Counted from the first letter of the stretch, positions 8,581 through 22,790 are shown. The stretch: 32,000 bases of DNA from Pseudomonas aeruginosa (GCF_001457615.1 NZ_LN831024.1:4950001-4982000); one strand, 5' to 3'. Notes: generated by a model from the sequence alone, not told the origin. Numbers and translations: made by a program.

Positions 8581-10365
8581 ATGACTCAGCAATCCTGGCG
8601 AGAGGCCCTGGTCGCCTACAAGTCTCCCGCCAGCCTGGCCCTCCTGCTGCTCGGCTTCGCCGCCGGCCTGCCGACCATGCTGGTGTTCAACACCCTGTCG
8701 GTGTGGCTGCGCGAAGCCGGCGTGGCGCGGGATACCATCGGTTTCGCCAGTTGGCTGGGGCTGGTGTACGCCTTCAAGTGGGTCTGGTCGCCGATGCTCG
8801 ACCAGTGGCGCCTGCCCTTCGTCGGCCGTCTCGGCCGGCGCCGTTCCTGGCTGGTGTTCTCGCAGGTGCTGATCGCCCTGGGACTGCTCGGCATGGCCCT
8901 GTGCAATCCGCAGAGCCACCTGCCCTGGCTGATCGGCCTGGCCCTGCTGGTGGCGTTCGCCTCCGCCACCCAGGACATCGCGATCGACGCCTACCGCCTG
9001 GAAATCGCCGAGGATAGCCGCCAGGCCGCCCTCGCTGCCTGCTACATGACCGGCTACCGCGCGGCGATCCTGCTGGCCAGCGCCGGCGCGCTGATTCTCG
9101 CCGAATGGTTCGGCTCCACCAGCCTCAACTACAGCCAGTCGGCCTGGGGCCTGACCTATGCGTTGTTCGCCCTGCTGATCCTGCCTGGGCTGGTCACCAG
9201 CCTGCTGATCCGCGAGCCGGCGGTGGACGTGCCGATCCACGTCAACCCGTCGCGTTTCGACTTCAACCACCAACTGCTCTCGGTGCTCCTGCTGCTGATC
9301 CTGCTGATCTCGCTGCCGGCGATGATCACCGCCCTCCTCGACCGCGCCTGGCCGCGCGCCGGCCTCTACGCGCTGCTCATGGGGATCTGCCTGTCGCCGT
9401 GGGGACGCCAGCAGATCCGCCCGGTCCGCGAACTGCTCGCCACCGTGCGCAGGCCGCTGCTGGTGGCGGCGCGCGGCAAGGAAGTGCCGCTGTTCGATTT
9501 CGTCCACCAGGCGGTCTCGGTGATGGTGCTGATCATCCTCCTCGTCACCGTCACCGCCATGTGCCGCGCCTACTACTCCGGCGCCTGGCCGCGCGGCACG
9601 CTGTTCCTGCTGATCGCCGCGTCCTGCCTGTCGGCACCCGGACGCCTGCTGATGGCCCCGGTGCTGACGCCGATCACCGAGTTCGTCCAGCGCTATCGCT
9701 GGCAGGCCCTGCTGCTGCTCGGCCTGATCTCCACCTATCGCCTGTCGGACACGGTGATGGGGGTGATGGCCGGGGTCTTCTACATCGACATGGGCTTCTC
9801 CAAGGAAGTCATCGCCAGTGTCAGCAAGGTCTTCGGCGTACTCATGACCCTGATCGGCGCCGCCGCCGGCGGGGTGCTGATCGCCCGCTTCAGCATCCTC
9901 TCCATCCTGTTCATCGGCGGTGCCGCTTCGGCTGCCACCAACCTGCTGTTCGCCATGCTCGCCCAGCTCGGCCCGCTGCACGCCGAGGCCCTGCCCAGCC
10001 ATGACGTGATCAGCCTGGTGATGGCGCTCGAGCCGCACGTGCTGATGCTGGTGATGACCATCACCCTCGACAACTTCAGCGGCGGCCTCGCCGCCTCGGC
10101 CTTCGTCGCCTACCTGTCGAGCCTGACCAACCTGAAGTTCTCCGCCACCCAGTACGCCATGCTCAGCTCGACCATGCTCCTGCTGCCGCGCTTCATCGGC
10201 GGCTACTCCGGAACCATGGTCGAGAGCCTCGGCTACGAGCACTTCTTCTACGTCACCGCGGTGATGGGCATTCCCACCCTGCTGCTGATCGGCTGGTTGT
10301 GGCTGCGCCGCGCGCCGTCCAGCGAGACGCCGGCGCCGGGACACCAGAACGCCGAGCAGCACTGA
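8581..10365 (+). CDS. ampG: AmpG family muropeptide MFS transporter (594 aa)
   Basis: MTQQSWREALVAYKSPASLALLLLGFAAGLPTMLVFNTLSVWLREAGVARDTIGFASWLGLVYAFKWVWSPMLDQ...; multi-TM with the AmpG N-terminal signature. Confidence 0.95.
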   Translation: MTQQSWREALVAYKSPASLALLLLGFAAGLPTMLVFNTLSVWLREAGVARDTIGFASWLGLVYAFKWVWSPMLDQWRLPFVGRLGRRRSWLVFSQVLIALGLLGMALCNPQSHLPWLIGLALLVAFASATQDIAIDAYRLEIAEDSRQAALAACYMTGYRAAILLASAGALILAEWFGSTSLNYSQSAWGLTYALFALLILPGLVTSLLIREPAVDVPIHVNPSRFDFNHQLLSVLLLLILLISLPAMITALLDRAWPRAGLYALLMGICLSPWGRQQIRPVRELLATVRRPLLVAARGKEVPLFDFVHQAVSVMVLIILLVTVTAMCRAYYSGAWPRGTLFLLIAASCLSAPGRLLMAPVLTPITEFVQRYRWQALLLLGLISTYRLSDTVMGVMAGVFYIDMGFSKEVIASVSKVFGVLMTLIGAAAGGVLIARFSILSILFIGGAASAATNLLFAMLAQLGPLHAEALPSHDVISLVMALEPHVLMLVMTITLDNFSGGLAASAFVAYLSSLTNLKFSATQYAMLSSTMLLLPRFIGGYSGTMVESLGYEHFFYVTAVMGIPTLLLIGWLWLRRAPSSETPAPGHQNAEQH

Positions 10366-10375
10366 GGCGAGAATG

Positions 10376-10405
10376 AAAAAGGCCGGCATTCGCCGGCCTT
10401 TTTCG
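10376..10405. terminator. Bidirectional intrinsic terminator
   Basis: AAAAAGGCCGGCATTCGCCGGCCTTTTT between convergent ampG and the mscS-like gene. Confidence 0.93.
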
Positions 10406-10420
10406 TGGATCGCACGGACC

Positions 10421-11257
10421 TCAGTCGGCCATCGCGCCCTGCACAACCTTGACCACCCGCTGCGGGAAGGGAATGCCGATACCTTCCTTGCCCAGCGCGT
10501 CGCGGGCCTTTTCGTTGAACATGAACATCACGTCCCAGTAGTCGGCGTTCTTCACCCAGACCCGCAGGGACAGGGTAATCGCGCTTTCGCCGAGATTGGA
10601 AACCACCGCCACCGGTGCCGGGTCCTTCAGAACCCGCGGATCGTCGGCCATGGCCAGGAGAATGTTCTGCGCATTCTTCAGATCGGCGTCGTAGTCGATG
10701 CCGACGTCGAAGATCACCTTGCGCAGCGGCTCGGCGGAGTAGTTGGTCACCGTTCCGTTGGACAGCGCCCCGTTGGGCACGATGATCCGCTTGTTGTCGC
10801 CGCTACGCAGCACGGTGTGGAAGATCAGGATCGAATCCACGGTGCCGGCCACGCCCTGTGCCTCGATCCAGTCGCCGACCTTGAACGGGCGGAACAGCAG
10901 GATCAGCACGCCGCCGGCGAAGTTAGCCAGGCTGCCCTGCAGGGCCAGGCCGATGGCCAGGCCGGCGGCGCCGATGGCGGCGACGAAGCTGGTGGTCTGG
11001 ATGCCGATCATGGAAGCCACGCTGACCACCAGCAGGATCTTCAGGACGATGCTCACCAGGCTGCCGACGAAGCCTTGCAGGGTGCGGTCGACGCTGCGCC
11101 TGGCGAGCAGGCCGCCGACCCGGCCGGTCAGGGTGTTGATCAGCCACCAGCCGATCGCCAGGGTCAGCAGCGCCAGGGCGACCTTGCCGCTGTACTCCAG
11201 CACGATCGGCAGCCAGGACTCGGTCTGCTGCACCAGTCGGTCGTAGTTCAATTCCAT
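10421..11257 (-). CDS. MscS-family small-conductance mechanosensitive channel (278 aa)
   Basis: SFVAAIGAAGLAIGLALQGSLANFAGGVLILLFRPFKVGDWIEAQGVAGTVDSILIFHTVLRSGDNKRIIVPNGALSNG... is the MscS TM3 and beta-domain signature. Confidence 0.94.
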   Translation of the reverse strand: MELNYDRLVQQTESWLPIVLEYSGKVALALLTLAIGWWLINTLTGRVGGLLARRSVDRTLQGFVGSLVSIVLKILLVVSVASMIGIQTTSFVAAIGAAGLAIGLALQGSLANFAGGVLILLFRPFKVGDWIEAQGVAGTVDSILIFHTVLRSGDNKRIIVPNGALSNGTVTNYSAEPLRKVIFDVGIDYDADLKNAQNILLAMADDPRVLKDPAPVAVVSNLGESAITLSLRVWVKNADYWDVMFMFNEKARDALGKEGIGIPFPQRVVKVVQGAMAD

Positions 11258-11489
11258 GCATTACCTCCATTTCTCGAAAAAACACCCCTCCCTTCCGCAA
11301 CGGAAACGGGACGGGCTTGCAGATTCCTGCCCGGACGCCGTGGGGCGACGTTTCCGGGCCTGGATACGAATCGGCGCAGCACGGACGAACCGACGCTGCG
11401 CCGACAGGGGCGGACAACGCGGGAGAGGTCGCGGCGGCGCTACTCCCTATTGCGATGCCCGGGATGGCGAGAGGTTCCGAAAAACCTCG

Positions 11490-14121
<2,632 letters not shown>

Positions 14122-14171
14122 AGCGCGTTACCCTGCCCGCCATTCCTTTTCGCCGCGGACCGCCAGAGCCC

Positions 14172-16268
14172 ATGAACCTGCGCCAGCGCCTCGACAACCT
14201 GCCCGTAGGGCAGAAACTGCTCGCCGCCCTGCTGATCCTGCTGGCTACCGTGCTGCTGGTGGCCAACCTGGCGTTCATCAGCGCCGCCTACTGGATTTCC
14301 CAGGAGAGCGTCGCCCCCCAGGCGATGCAGACCATCGGCCGGCTGATCGCCAACCCGGCGCTCAGCCAGCCGGCACTCAGTTCGCCGCAGACCGCCGAGG
14401 TCCTGCTGCGCCAGCTCAACGATTACCAGCCGTTGCGCGCCGCGGCCCTGTACGACAGCAATGGGCTGATGCTGGCCGACCTGCAACGCGGCGACACCCT
14501 CAAGCTGCCGGCCCGCCTGGACCGCCTGGAGCACTGGAGGCGCGGCGAGTACCGCCTCAATGCGCTGATCGAACTGCCCCAGGAAAACGCCCGCCCCGGC
14601 TACCTGCTGCTGGTGGCCAGCGGTGAACTGCCAAGCGCGTTCTACACCGGAACCCTCACCGCCAGCCTGGCGATCCTCGGCGTCAGCGTGCTGCTCTGGC
14701 TGCTGGTGGCGCAGCAGATACGCCGCCTGATCACCCGGCCGATCCGCGATCTCGAGGAACTGTCGCGGCAGGTCACCCGCGAGGAGAACTACGCCCTCCG
14801 CGCCCAGCGCGGCAACGGCGACGAGATCGGCCGCCTGGCCGACGCGTTCAACACCATGCTGACCCGCATCGAGGCCCGCGAGCAGCAGCTCAAGCGCGCC
14901 CGCGACGATGCCCAGGAAGCGGTCGAGCAGGCCCAGAGCCTGGCCGAGGAAACCCGCCGCTCGAACCGCAAGCTGGAACTGGAAGTGCAGGTGCGCAGCA
15001 AGATCGAGAAGAAGCTCACCGGTTTCCAGCACTACCTCAACAGCATCATCGACTCCATGCCTTCGGCGCTGATCGCGGTGGACGAGCAACTCTACGTCAC
15101 GCAGTGGAACCAGGAGGCCAGCCAGCTTTCCGGCACCAGCCTGGACGATGCGGTCAACCAGCCGGTGTTCCTCGCCTTTCCCTCGCTCAAGCCGTTCCTT
15201 CCGCAGCTCACCCGGGCTGCCGAGAAGCACAGCGTGGAGCGTGTCGAACGGGTCACCTGGGCGCTGATCGACACGCCACGCCACTACGCCCTGACCTTCT
15301 ACCCGCTGATGGGCGGCACCGGCCGCGGCGCGGTGATCCGCATCGACGACATCACCCAGCGGCTGAGCCTGGAAGAAGTGATGGTGCAATCGGAGAAGAT
15401 GCTCTCGGTCGGCAGCCTCGCCGCCGGCATGGCCCACGAGATCAACAACCCGCTCGGCGCGATCCTGCACAACGTGCAGAACATCAAGCGGCGCCTGTCC
15501 CCGGAGCTGGCGAAGAACGTCGAGCTGGCGGCCGAGGTCGGAGTGCCGCTGGAAGACATCAATCACTACCTCGATGGCCGCGACATCCCGCGCCTGCTGG
15601 AAGGCATCCAGCACGCCGGCTCGCGGGCAGCGAAGATCGTCACCCACATGCTCGCCTTCAGCCGCCGCAGCCACCGGCAGATGACCGCTTGCGAACTGCC
15701 CGCACTGCTCGAACAGGCGGTGGAAATCGCCGGTAACGACTTCGACCTGGCCGAAGGCTTCGACTTCAAGTCGTTGCAGATCGTCCACGAGTTCGACCCC
15801 AACCTCGGCCCGGTGCCGGTGATCGCCAACGAGGTCGAGCAGGTCCTGCTCAACCTGCTGAAGAACGCCGCCCAGGCCATCCACCAGCGCGACGACGAAG
15901 AGGAAGGCGAACAGGGCCGGATCGTCCTGCGCACGCGCCTGACGCCGCCCTGGGCGGAAGTCCAGGTGGAAGACAACGGCAGCGGCATGCCCGAACTGGT
16001 GCGCAAGCGTATCTTCGAGCCGTTCTTCACCACCAAGGAAGTCGGCCAGGGCACCGGTCTCGGCCTGTCCGTCTCGTATTTCATCATCACCAACAATCAC
16101 AAGGGCCAGATGGAAGTACGCTCGGAACTGGGCCGCGGCACCTGCTTCAGCATCCGCCTGCCGCTGGAAAGCTCCGAAGCGGTCGCCCCGGCACAAGCCA
16201 AGGCCCTGCCGCCCGCTCTGCCGCAACCCGGTAGCAGCCTGCGGCGGGGCGACGAAGAGGAAGGTTGA
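14172..16268 (+). CDS. Membrane sensor histidine kinase with HAMP domain (698 aa)
   Basis: [40 protein letters not shown]...; HAMP-like region; H-box [19 protein letters not shown]; N and G boxes ([26 protein letters not shown]). Confidence 0.95.
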   Translation: MNLRQRLDNLPVGQKLLAALLILLATVLLVANLAFISAAYWISQESVAPQAMQTIGRLIANPALSQPALSSPQTAEVLLRQLNDYQPLRAAALYDSNGLMLADLQRGDTLKLPARLDRLEHWRRGEYRLNALIELPQENARPGYLLLVASGELPSAFYTGTLTASLAILGVSVLLWLLVAQQIRRLITRPIRDLEELSRQVTREENYALRAQRGNGDEIGRLADAFNTMLTRIEAREQQLKRARDDAQEAVEQAQSLAEETRRSNRKLELEVQVRSKIEKKLTGFQHYLNSIIDSMPSALIAVDEQLYVTQWNQEASQLSGTSLDDAVNQPVFLAFPSLKPFLPQLTRAAEKHSVERVERVTWALIDTPRHYALTFYPLMGGTGRGAVIRIDDITQRLSLEEVMVQSEKMLSVGSLAAGMAHEINNPLGAILHNVQNIKRRLSPELAKNVELAAEVGVPLEDINHYLDGRDIPRLLEGIQHAGSRAAKIVTHMLAFSRRSHRQMTACELPALLEQAVEIAGNDFDLAEGFDFKSLQIVHEFDPNLGPVPVIANEVEQVLLNLLKNAAQAIHQRDDEEEGEQGRIVLRTRLTPPWAEVQVEDNGSGMPELVRKRIFEPFFTTKEVGQGTGLGLSVSYFIITNNHKGQMEVRSELGRGTCFSIRLPLESSEAVAPAQAKALPPALPQPGSSLRRGDEEEG

Positions 16269-16272
16269 ATCC

Positions 16273-16851
16273 ATGGGCAATCGATTGTCGAAGATCTACA
16301 CCCGTACCGGCGACCGCGGCGAGACCGGCCTGGCCGGCGGACGCCGGGTGCCCAAGAGCCATCCACGCATCGAGGCGATCGGCGCGGTGGACGAATTGAA
16401 CAGCCAGTTGGGCCTGCTCCTTGCCGAGCTGCTGGAAGCGCGTGGCGCACATCCCGGCCTGGAGGAGATCGTCCAGGCGCTGGCGCCGGTGCAACACCGC
16501 CTGTTCGACCTCGGCGGGGAGCTGGCGATGCCGGAGTATCGGGCCCTGGACGAGACGGAAGTGGCACGCCTGGAAAGCTGCATCGACCGCTGGAACGACG
16601 AGCTGGGCCCGCTGAAGAATTTCATCCTCCCCGGCGGTTCCCGCCTGGTCGCCCAGGCCCATGTCTGCCGCAGCCTGGCGCGCAGCGCCGAACGGCGCTG
16701 CCAGGCGCTGGACCAGGAGGAAACGCTGGAGGGCGTCGGCCTGTGCTACCTGAACCGGCTCTCCGACCTGCTGTTCGTCGCCGCCCGCGCCATCGCCCGG
16801 CGCCAGGGCGTGGCGGAGATTCTCTGGGAGGCGGCGGCAAAACCGGACTGA
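16273..16851 (+). CDS. Cob(I)alamin adenosyltransferase, PduO/ATR type (192 aa)
   Basis: MGNRLSKIYTRTGDRGETGLAGGRRVPKSHPRIEAIGAVDELNSQLGLL...FILPGGS...CRSLARSAERR is the ATR family signature. Confidence 0.93.
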   Translation: MGNRLSKIYTRTGDRGETGLAGGRRVPKSHPRIEAIGAVDELNSQLGLLLAELLEARGAHPGLEEIVQALAPVQHRLFDLGGELAMPEYRALDETEVARLESCIDRWNDELGPLKNFILPGGSRLVAQAHVCRSLARSAERRCQALDQEETLEGVGLCYLNRLSDLLFVAARAIARRQGVAEILWEAAAKPD

Positions 16852-16879
16852 CGGCGAGCGAGGGCTCGGCATCGAGACG

Positions 16880-16908
16880 AAAAAAAGGAGGCTGAAGCCT
16901 CCTTTTTT
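16880..16908. terminator. Bidirectional intrinsic terminator
   Basis: AAAAAAAGGAGGCTGAAGCCTCCTTTTTT between convergent genes. Confidence 0.93.
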
Positions 16909-16921
16909 CTTCATTCCACCG

Positions 16922-17869
16922 TCAAAGGCCGCCCGGCCAGAACGCACGGATACCCGCCACGCCTTGGGCTCCATGCTCCCAAGCCTGCTCGGCTTGCTGC
17001 GGACCGAGGCCACCCAGCAGGTAGACCGGCTGGTTGAAGCCGGCGATCAGTTCGGCGGCCTTGTCCCAACCCAGCGCCGGCTCGCCGGGATGGCTCTCGG
17101 TCGGCTGTACCGGCGAAAGAGTGACGAACTCCACTCCCATCGAGGCAGCCAGGGCCAGTTCATCCGCGTCGTGGCAGGAGGCGGCCAGCAGGCGCCCTTC
17201 GGGGAACGGCCGACCGGCGCTGGCGTATTTGCGCAGTTGAGCGGAGGTCAGGTGCCAACCGGCAGCCGGGAAGTCGCCCAGCCACTCCAGCGGGCCTTTC
17301 AGCATCAGTTGCGCCTTGCCGGCGCAGAGTCCCTGGATATCGATGGCGAGATCGCGGTATTCGGGACTGAACATGTTCGGCGCGCGCAACTGGATCAGGC
17401 GGATGCCCGCCTCCACCGCCTTGCGTACGCCGCTGATCAGCTCGCCCGGCTCCAATCCGTCCGGGGTGATCAGGTAGTGCGCCGGCAGGCGCGCGGCCTG
17501 GACGATCGGCGCGTTGGCGGCGGGGAACTCGTAGTCGGCCAGCTCGCGCGGCTCCACCCAGGCCAGCGGTTGGCCCTCGGCGCCGTGGGCTTCGCCGGAA
17601 AACCCGTCGACCTCCCAGACATCGAGCAGGACGTGCTTGTCGGCATAGTCGTGCCGGACCTGGATCAGCGGCCGGGCCCGCTCGACACGGATGCCCAGTT
17701 CCTCTTCCAGCTCACGGGCCAACGCCGCGCGCACCGGCTCGCCGTCCTCCACCTTGCCCCCGGGAAACTCCCACAGGCCGCCCTGGTGCTTGTCTTCCGG
17801 CCGCCGGGCGATCAGCACCCGGCCATCGGAGCCACGAATCACGGCCGCGGCGACATGTACTCGTTTCAC
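16922..17869 (-). CDS. Nudix (MutT-like) hydrolase fused to a thiamine-phosphate-synthase (ThiE/TenI)-like domain (315 aa)
   Basis: N-term MKRVHVAAAVIRGSDGRVLIARRPEDKHQGGLWEFPGGKVEDGEPVRAALARELEEELG (Nudix box). C-term GIRLIQLRAPN...HLTSAQL...CHDADELALAASMGVEFVTLSPVQPTESHP...PVYLLGGLGPQQ (ThiE/TenI-like). Confidence 0.93.
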   Translation of the reverse strand: MKRVHVAAAVIRGSDGRVLIARRPEDKHQGGLWEFPGGKVEDGEPVRAALARELEEELGIRVERARPLIQVRHDYADKHVLLDVWEVDGFSGEAHGAEGQPLAWVEPRELADYEFPAANAPIVQAARLPAHYLITPDGLEPGELISGVRKAVEAGIRLIQLRAPNMFSPEYRDLAIDIQGLCAGKAQLMLKGPLEWLGDFPAAGWHLTSAQLRKYASAGRPFPEGRLLAASCHDADELALAASMGVEFVTLSPVQPTESHPGEPALGWDKAAELIAGFNQPVYLLGGLGPQQAEQAWEHGAQGVAGIRAFWPGGL

Positions 17870-17919
17870 GGATCATCTCCTCGCTACTGCCGTCACGCAC
17901 CGCAAGCGGCGGACGGCCA

Positions 17920-18555
17920 TCAACTACCGGCCTGCTCGCGCAATGCCGCGTCGTACCAGGCGCGGAACGCAGGCCACTGATAAATCGTCTCGACATAGGT
18001 CCGGGCGATATCCGGCAACTCCACCGCATAACTGCGGAAACGCGCCGCCACCGGTGCGTAGAACGCATCCGCCAGGCTGGCGTGGCCGAACAGGAACGGA
18101 CCGTCCTGGCCGAAGCGCCGCCGGCAATCCGCCCAGGCTTCGCAGATACGTTGAATATCCTGTCGTGTCGCCTCGGACAATTCCACCAATAGCTGCTGGC
18201 GCCGCAGGTCCATCGGCAGCTCGCCGCGCAACGCGGCGAAACCGCTGTGCATTTCCGCGCAAACCGAACGGGCCAGCGCCCGCGCCGCCTCGCCGCGCGG
18301 CCACAGGTGGGCCTCGGGGAAGCGCTCGGCGAGGTACTCGGCGATGGCCAGGGAATCCCAGATGTCGCCATCCTCGCTTTTCAGCAAGGGCACCTTGCCG
18401 GTCGGCGAATATTGCAGGATCCGCTCCCGGGTATCGGGCCGCCCCAGCGGGACGAGGATCTCGTCGAACGCCGCCCCGCTCATGCGCAGGGCCAGCCAGC
18501 CCCGCAGCGACCAGGACGAGTCATTGCGATTGCCAATCACGATGGTCAGGGCCAT
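17920..18555 (-). CDS. Glutathione S-transferase family protein (211 aa)
   Basis: MALTIVIGNRNDSSWSLRGWLALRMSGAAFDEILVPLG...GKVPLLKSEDGDIWDSLAIAEYLAERFPEA. Confidence 0.93.
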   Translation of the reverse strand: MALTIVIGNRNDSSWSLRGWLALRMSGAAFDEILVPLGRPDTRERILQYSPTGKVPLLKSEDGDIWDSLAIAEYLAERFPEAHLWPRGEAARALARSVCAEMHSGFAALRGELPMDLRRQQLLVELSEATRQDIQRICEAWADCRRRFGQDGPFLFGHASLADAFYAPVAARFRSYAVELPDIARTYVETIYQWPAFRAWYDAALREQAGS

Positions 18556-18675
18556 GCGCCTCTCCTCTTCGGCCGCCCGACGCGGACGGCCATGCACCAG
18601 AGAACTTAAGAGGCGCACGGACCGATGGCAAATTCCCGATTTTCATCCATCGATGAAGGATCGGAATGCCTGGCT

Positions 18676-19893
18676 TCAGGTGCGGTACTCTGCGTTGATC
18701 TTCACGTATTCGTGGGACAGGTCGGTGGTCCAGATGGTCTCGCTGCAGGTGCCGCGTCCCAGTTCGATGCGGATGCCGATCTCGGCCTGGGCCATCACCG
18801 CCGCGCCCTGTTCCTCGGTGTAACTGGCCGCCCGGCCGCCACGGCTGGCGATACAGACGTCGCCAAGGAACACGTCGATCTTGCTCACGTCCAGATTGGC
18901 CACGCCGGCACGTCCGACCGCGGCGAGAATGCGTCCCCAGTTCGGGTCGGAGGCGAACAGCGCGGTCTTGATCAGCGGCGAGTGGGCCACGGCATAGCCG
19001 ACATCCAGGCACTCCTGGTGGGTGGCGCCGCCGTTGACCTGAACAGTGACGAACTTGGTCGCGCCCTCGCCGTCGCGAACGATGGCCTGGGCCAGCTCCA
19101 TGGAAACCTCCAGTACCGCTTGCTTCAACGCGGCGAACAGCGCGCCGCTGGCCTGGGTGACTTCCGGCAGCGCCGCGCGACCGGTGGCGATCAGCATGCA
19201 GCAGTCGTTGGTGGAGGTATCGCCGTCGATGGTGATGCGGTTGAAGGACTTGTTGGCGGCGTCGCGCAACAGATCCTGCAGCACGCCCTGGGCGACCTTG
19301 GCGTCGGTGGCGATATAACCGAGCATGGTCGCCATGTTCGGCTTGATCATCCCGGCGCCCTTGCTGATCCCGGTGACGGTCACGGTCACGCCATCGTGCA
19401 CGAACTGGCGGCTGGCGCCCTTGGGCAGGGTATCGGTGGTCATGATCCCCGCGGCAGCTTCGGCCCAGCGGTCCTCGGCCAGGTCGGCCAGGGCCGCAGG
19501 CAACGCCGCCTCGATCTTGGCCACCGGCAGGGGCTCGCCGATCACCCCGGTGGAATATGGCAGCACCGAAGTCTCGGCGACCCCGGCCAGTTCGGCGAGC
19601 TTGGCGCAGGTTTGCGCGGCGGCGGCGAGGCCGGCCTCGCCGGTACCGGCGTTGGCGTTGCCGGTATTGGTCAGCAGGTAGCGCACCTCACCGAGGAAAC
19701 GCTGTTTGGCCAGGGTCACCGGCGCGGCACAGAACGCGTTCAGGGTGAACACCCCGGCCACGCTGGAGCCTTCGGCGCAGCGCATGACCACCACGTCTTT
19801 GCGCCCCGGTCGCTTGATGCCGGCGGAAGCGATGCCGAGTTCGAAACCGGGGACCGGGTGCAGGGTGGACAGGGGGCCAAGACCGACAGCCAT
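18676..19893 (-). CDS. argJ: Bifunctional glutamate N-acetyltransferase/amino-acid acetyltransferase ArgJ (405 aa)
   Basis: [37 protein letters not shown]...[18 protein letters not shown] (autoprocessing motif)...[29 protein letters not shown]. Confidence 0.97.
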   Translation of the reverse strand: MAVGLGPLSTLHPVPGFELGIASAGIKRPGRKDVVVMRCAEGSSVAGVFTLNAFCAAPVTLAKQRFLGEVRYLLTNTGNANAGTGEAGLAAAAQTCAKLAELAGVAETSVLPYSTGVIGEPLPVAKIEAALPAALADLAEDRWAEAAAGIMTTDTLPKGASRQFVHDGVTVTVTGISKGAGMIKPNMATMLGYIATDAKVAQGVLQDLLRDAANKSFNRITIDGDTSTNDCCMLIATGRAALPEVTQASGALFAALKQAVLEVSMELAQAIVRDGEGATKFVTVQVNGGATHQECLDVGYAVAHSPLIKTALFASDPNWGRILAAVGRAGVANLDVSKIDVFLGDVCIASRGGRAASYTEEQGAAVMAQAEIGIRIELGRGTCSETIWTTDLSHEYVKINAEYRT

Positions 19894-19987
19894 GGGAACG
19901 CGCTCCTTTACCAAACAGTGGACTCGATGCCGTCTGCGACGGCGTGACGGAAAACGCATCGGCGCCGGGCTGGCGCCAATTCGAACA

Positions 19988-20020
19988 AACGCCGCGAGCG
20001 GCAGGACCGGTCGCGGCGTT
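19988..20020 (-). terminator. Perfect 10-bp inverted repeat downstream of secA, possible weak terminator
   Basis: AACGCCGCGA (19988-19997), 13-nt loop, TCGCGGCGTT (20011-20020), about 20 nt past the secA stop. There is no long T tract. Confidence 0.45.
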
Positions 20021-20039
20021 GGTGAACCAGGCGGGAAGC

Positions 20040-22790
20040 TTAGTCCAGCTGCCCGTGACAGTGCTTGTATTTCTTGCCGGAACCGCACGGGCAAGGCTCG
20101 TTGCGGCCGATCTTCTGCTCGTTGCGCACAGGCTCGAGCGGCACGACCGGAGCCGGGCCCTCGGGAAGCTCTTCTTCCTCGCCGGCCACGGCCTGCTCCA
20201 TCGAGGGAGCCTCGGCGTGCTGGAACTGCATGCGCTTGGCCAGTTCCTCCGCCTCGCGACGCAGGCGGGCCTCCTCTTCGGCCGGGTCTTCGCGACGGAC
20301 CTGGACGTGGGACAGCACGCGGATGGTGTCGCGCTTGATCGAGTCCAGCAGCTCCTGGAACAGGGTGAAGGACTCGCGCTTGTATTCCTGCTTAGGATTC
20401 TTCTGCGCGTAGCCACGCAGGTGGATGCCGTGCCGCAGGTGGTCCATGGTCGACAGGTGGTCCTTCCACAGGTCGTCCAGCACCCGCAGCAGCATCTGCT
20501 TCTCGAAGGCGCGCAGGGCTTCGGCGCCGGCCAGCTCTTCCTTCTCGTAGTAGGCGGCGACGATCTGCTCGAGGATCTTGCTACGCAGGGTTTCCTCGTA
20601 CAGCTTGTCGTCTTCGTCCAGCCACTGCTGGATCGGCAGGCGCACGGCGAAGTCGCTGTACAGCGCAGCCTCCAGGCCTTCGATGTCCCACTGCTCGGGC
20701 AGCGACTGCGGCGGAATGTGCTGGTTGATGGTGGCGCTGAGGGTTTCCTCGCGGAATTCCTTGATGGTCTCGCCCACGTCCTCTGCCGACAGCAGGGTAT
20801 TGCGCATGTGGTAGATCACCTTGCGCTGCTCGTTGGCTACGTCATCGAATTCCAGCAGTTGCTTGCGGATGTCGAAGTTGCGCCCTTCGACCTTGCGCTG
20901 GGCCTTCTCGATGGCGTTGGTCACCATGCGGTGCTCGATCGCCTCGCCGGACTGCATGCCCAGCGCCTTCATGAAGTTCTTCACCCGGTCGGAGGCGAAG
21001 ATCCGCATCAGGTTGTCTTCCAGCGACAGGTAGAAGCGGCTGGAACCCGGGTCGCCCTGACGACCGGCACGGCCGCGCAACTGGTTGTCGATCCGGCGGG
21101 ATTCGTGGCGCTCGGAGGCGATCACGTGCAGGCCGCCCGCCTCGATCACTTGCTGGTGGCGCTTCTGCCATTCAGCCTTGATCTGGGCGATCTGCTCCTC
21201 GGTGGGGTTCTCCAGGGCCGCGACTTCGACTTCCCAGTTGCCGCCGAGGAGGATGTCGGTACCGCGGCCGGCCATGTTGGTGGCGATGGTCACCGAACCG
21301 GGCGCGCCAGCCTGGGCGATGATCTCGGCTTCCTTCTCGTGGTACTTGGCGTTGAGCACCTTGTGCTCGATGCCTGCCTCTTGCAACAGCTTGGAAACGT
21401 ACTCGGAACTCTCGATCGACGCGGTGCCGACCAGGATCGGCCGGCCGAGGGCCTGGCACTGCTTGATGTCGGTGATGATCGCCGCGTACTTCTCTTCCTG
21501 GGTCAGGTAGACCAGGTCGTTGAAGTCCTTGCGCGCGATCGGCCGGTGGGTCGGGATCACCACCACGTCGAGACCGTAGATCTGGCGGAACTCGAAGGCC
21601 TCGGTATCGGCGGTGCCGGTCATGCCGGCCAGCTTGTTGTACAGGCGGAAGTAGTTCTGGAAGGTGGTGGAGGCCAGGGTCTGGCTCTCGGCCTGGATCG
21701 GCAGGCCTTCCTTCGCCTCGATGGCCTGGTGCAAGCCCTCGGACAGGCGACGGCCAGGCATGGTGCGGCCGGTGTGCTCGTCGATCAGGAGGATCTGGTC
21801 GCCCTGGACGATGTACTCGACGTTGCGGTGGAACAGGGTGTGCGCGCGCAGCGCTGCGTAAACGTGGGTCAGCAGGCTCAGGTTGTGCGCCGAGTAGAGG
21901 CTCTCGCCTTCGCCGAGCAGGCCGTTCTGGCTCAGCAGGTCCTCGATGAACTGGTGGCCCTGCTCGTTGAGTTCGACCTGGCGGGTCTTCTCGTCGATGC
22001 TGTAGTGGCCTTCCTCGGTCGGCTTGCCCTCGACCTCTTCGACCTGGCGCTTGAGACGCGGGATCAGCTTGTTGATCTTGATGTACAGCTCGGAGCTGTC
22101 TTCGGCCTGGCCGGAGATGATCAGCGGGGTACGCGCCTCGTCGATGAGGATCGAGTCCACTTCGTCGACCACGGCGAAGTTCAGCTCGCGCTGGAACTTG
22201 TCGTCCAGGCTGAAGGCCATGTTGTCGCGCAGGTAATCGAAGCCGAATTCGTTGTTGGTGCCGTAGGTGATGTCGGCGGCGTAGGCGGCGCGCTTGTCTT
22301 CCGGCGGCTGGAAGGGAGTGACCACGCCGACGCTGAGGCCGAGGAACTCGTACAGCGGGCGCATCCAGTTGGCGTCGCGGCGCGCCAGGTAGTCGTTCAC
22401 CGTGACCACGTGCACGCCCTTGCCGGACAGCGCGTTGAGGTAGACCGGCAGGGTGCCCACCAGGGTCTTGCCCTCGCCGGTACGCATTTCGGCGATCTTG
22501 CCGTCGTGCAGGGTCATGCCACCGATCAGCTGGACGTCGAAGTGGCGCATGCCCATCACCCGCTTGCCAGCCTCGCGAACCACGGCGAAGGCTTCGGGCA
22601 GCAATTGGTCGAGCGTTTCGCCCTTGGCGTAGCGCTGCTGGAATTCAGCCGTTTTCGCCTTCAACTGCTCGTCGGAGAGCGCCACCATCTGGGGCTCGAG
22701 CGCATTGATGGCCTGTACAGCCTTGGCCATGCGCTTTACATCACGCTCGTTCTTGCTTCCAAAGAGTTTCTTCAACAAAGGCGCAAACAT
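20040..22790 (-). CDS. secA: Preprotein translocase ATPase SecA (916 aa)
   Basis: [23 protein letters not shown]...[20 protein letters not shown]...[14 protein letters not shown]...C-terminal [14 protein letters not shown] zinc motif. Start set at 22790 rather than 22808. Confidence 0.99.
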   Translation of the reverse strand: MFAPLLKKLFGSKNERDVKRMAKAVQAINALEPQMVALSDEQLKAKTAEFQQRYAKGETLDQLLPEAFAVVREAGKRVMGMRHFDVQLIGGMTLHDGKIAEMRTGEGKTLVGTLPVYLNALSGKGVHVVTVNDYLARRDANWMRPLYEFLGLSVGVVTPFQPPEDKRAAYAADITYGTNNEFGFDYLRDNMAFSLDDKFQRELNFAVVDEVDSILIDEARTPLIISGQAEDSSELYIKINKLIPRLKRQVEEVEGKPTEEGHYSIDEKTRQVELNEQGHQFIEDLLSQNGLLGEGESLYSAHNLSLLTHVYAALRAHTLFHRNVEYIVQGDQILLIDEHTGRTMPGRRLSEGLHQAIEAKEGLPIQAESQTLASTTFQNYFRLYNKLAGMTGTADTEAFEFRQIYGLDVVVIPTHRPIARKDFNDLVYLTQEEKYAAIITDIKQCQALGRPILVGTASIESSEYVSKLLQEAGIEHKVLNAKYHEKEAEIIAQAGAPGSVTIATNMAGRGTDILLGGNWEVEVAALENPTEEQIAQIKAEWQKRHQQVIEAGGLHVIASERHESRRIDNQLRGRAGRQGDPGSSRFYLSLEDNLMRIFASDRVKNFMKALGMQSGEAIEHRMVTNAIEKAQRKVEGRNFDIRKQLLEFDDVANEQRKVIYHMRNTLLSAEDVGETIKEFREETLSATINQHIPPQSLPEQWDIEGLEAALYSDFAVRLPIQQWLDEDDKLYEETLRSKILEQIVAAYYEKEELAGAEALRAFEKQMLLRVLDDLWKDHLSTMDHLRHGIHLRGYAQKNPKQEYKRESFTLFQELLDSIKRDTIRVLSHVQVRREDPAEEEARLRREAEELAKRMQFQHAEAPSMEQAVAGEEEELPEGPAPVVPLEPVRNEQKIGRNEPCPCGSGKKYKHCHGQLD

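Noticed and set aside
8320-10446. 708-aa minus-strand ORF opposite ampG, and 9105..10004 in another plus frame
   Set aside because: Compositional artefacts of high-GC third-position bias. AmpG is clearly encoded at 8581-10365.
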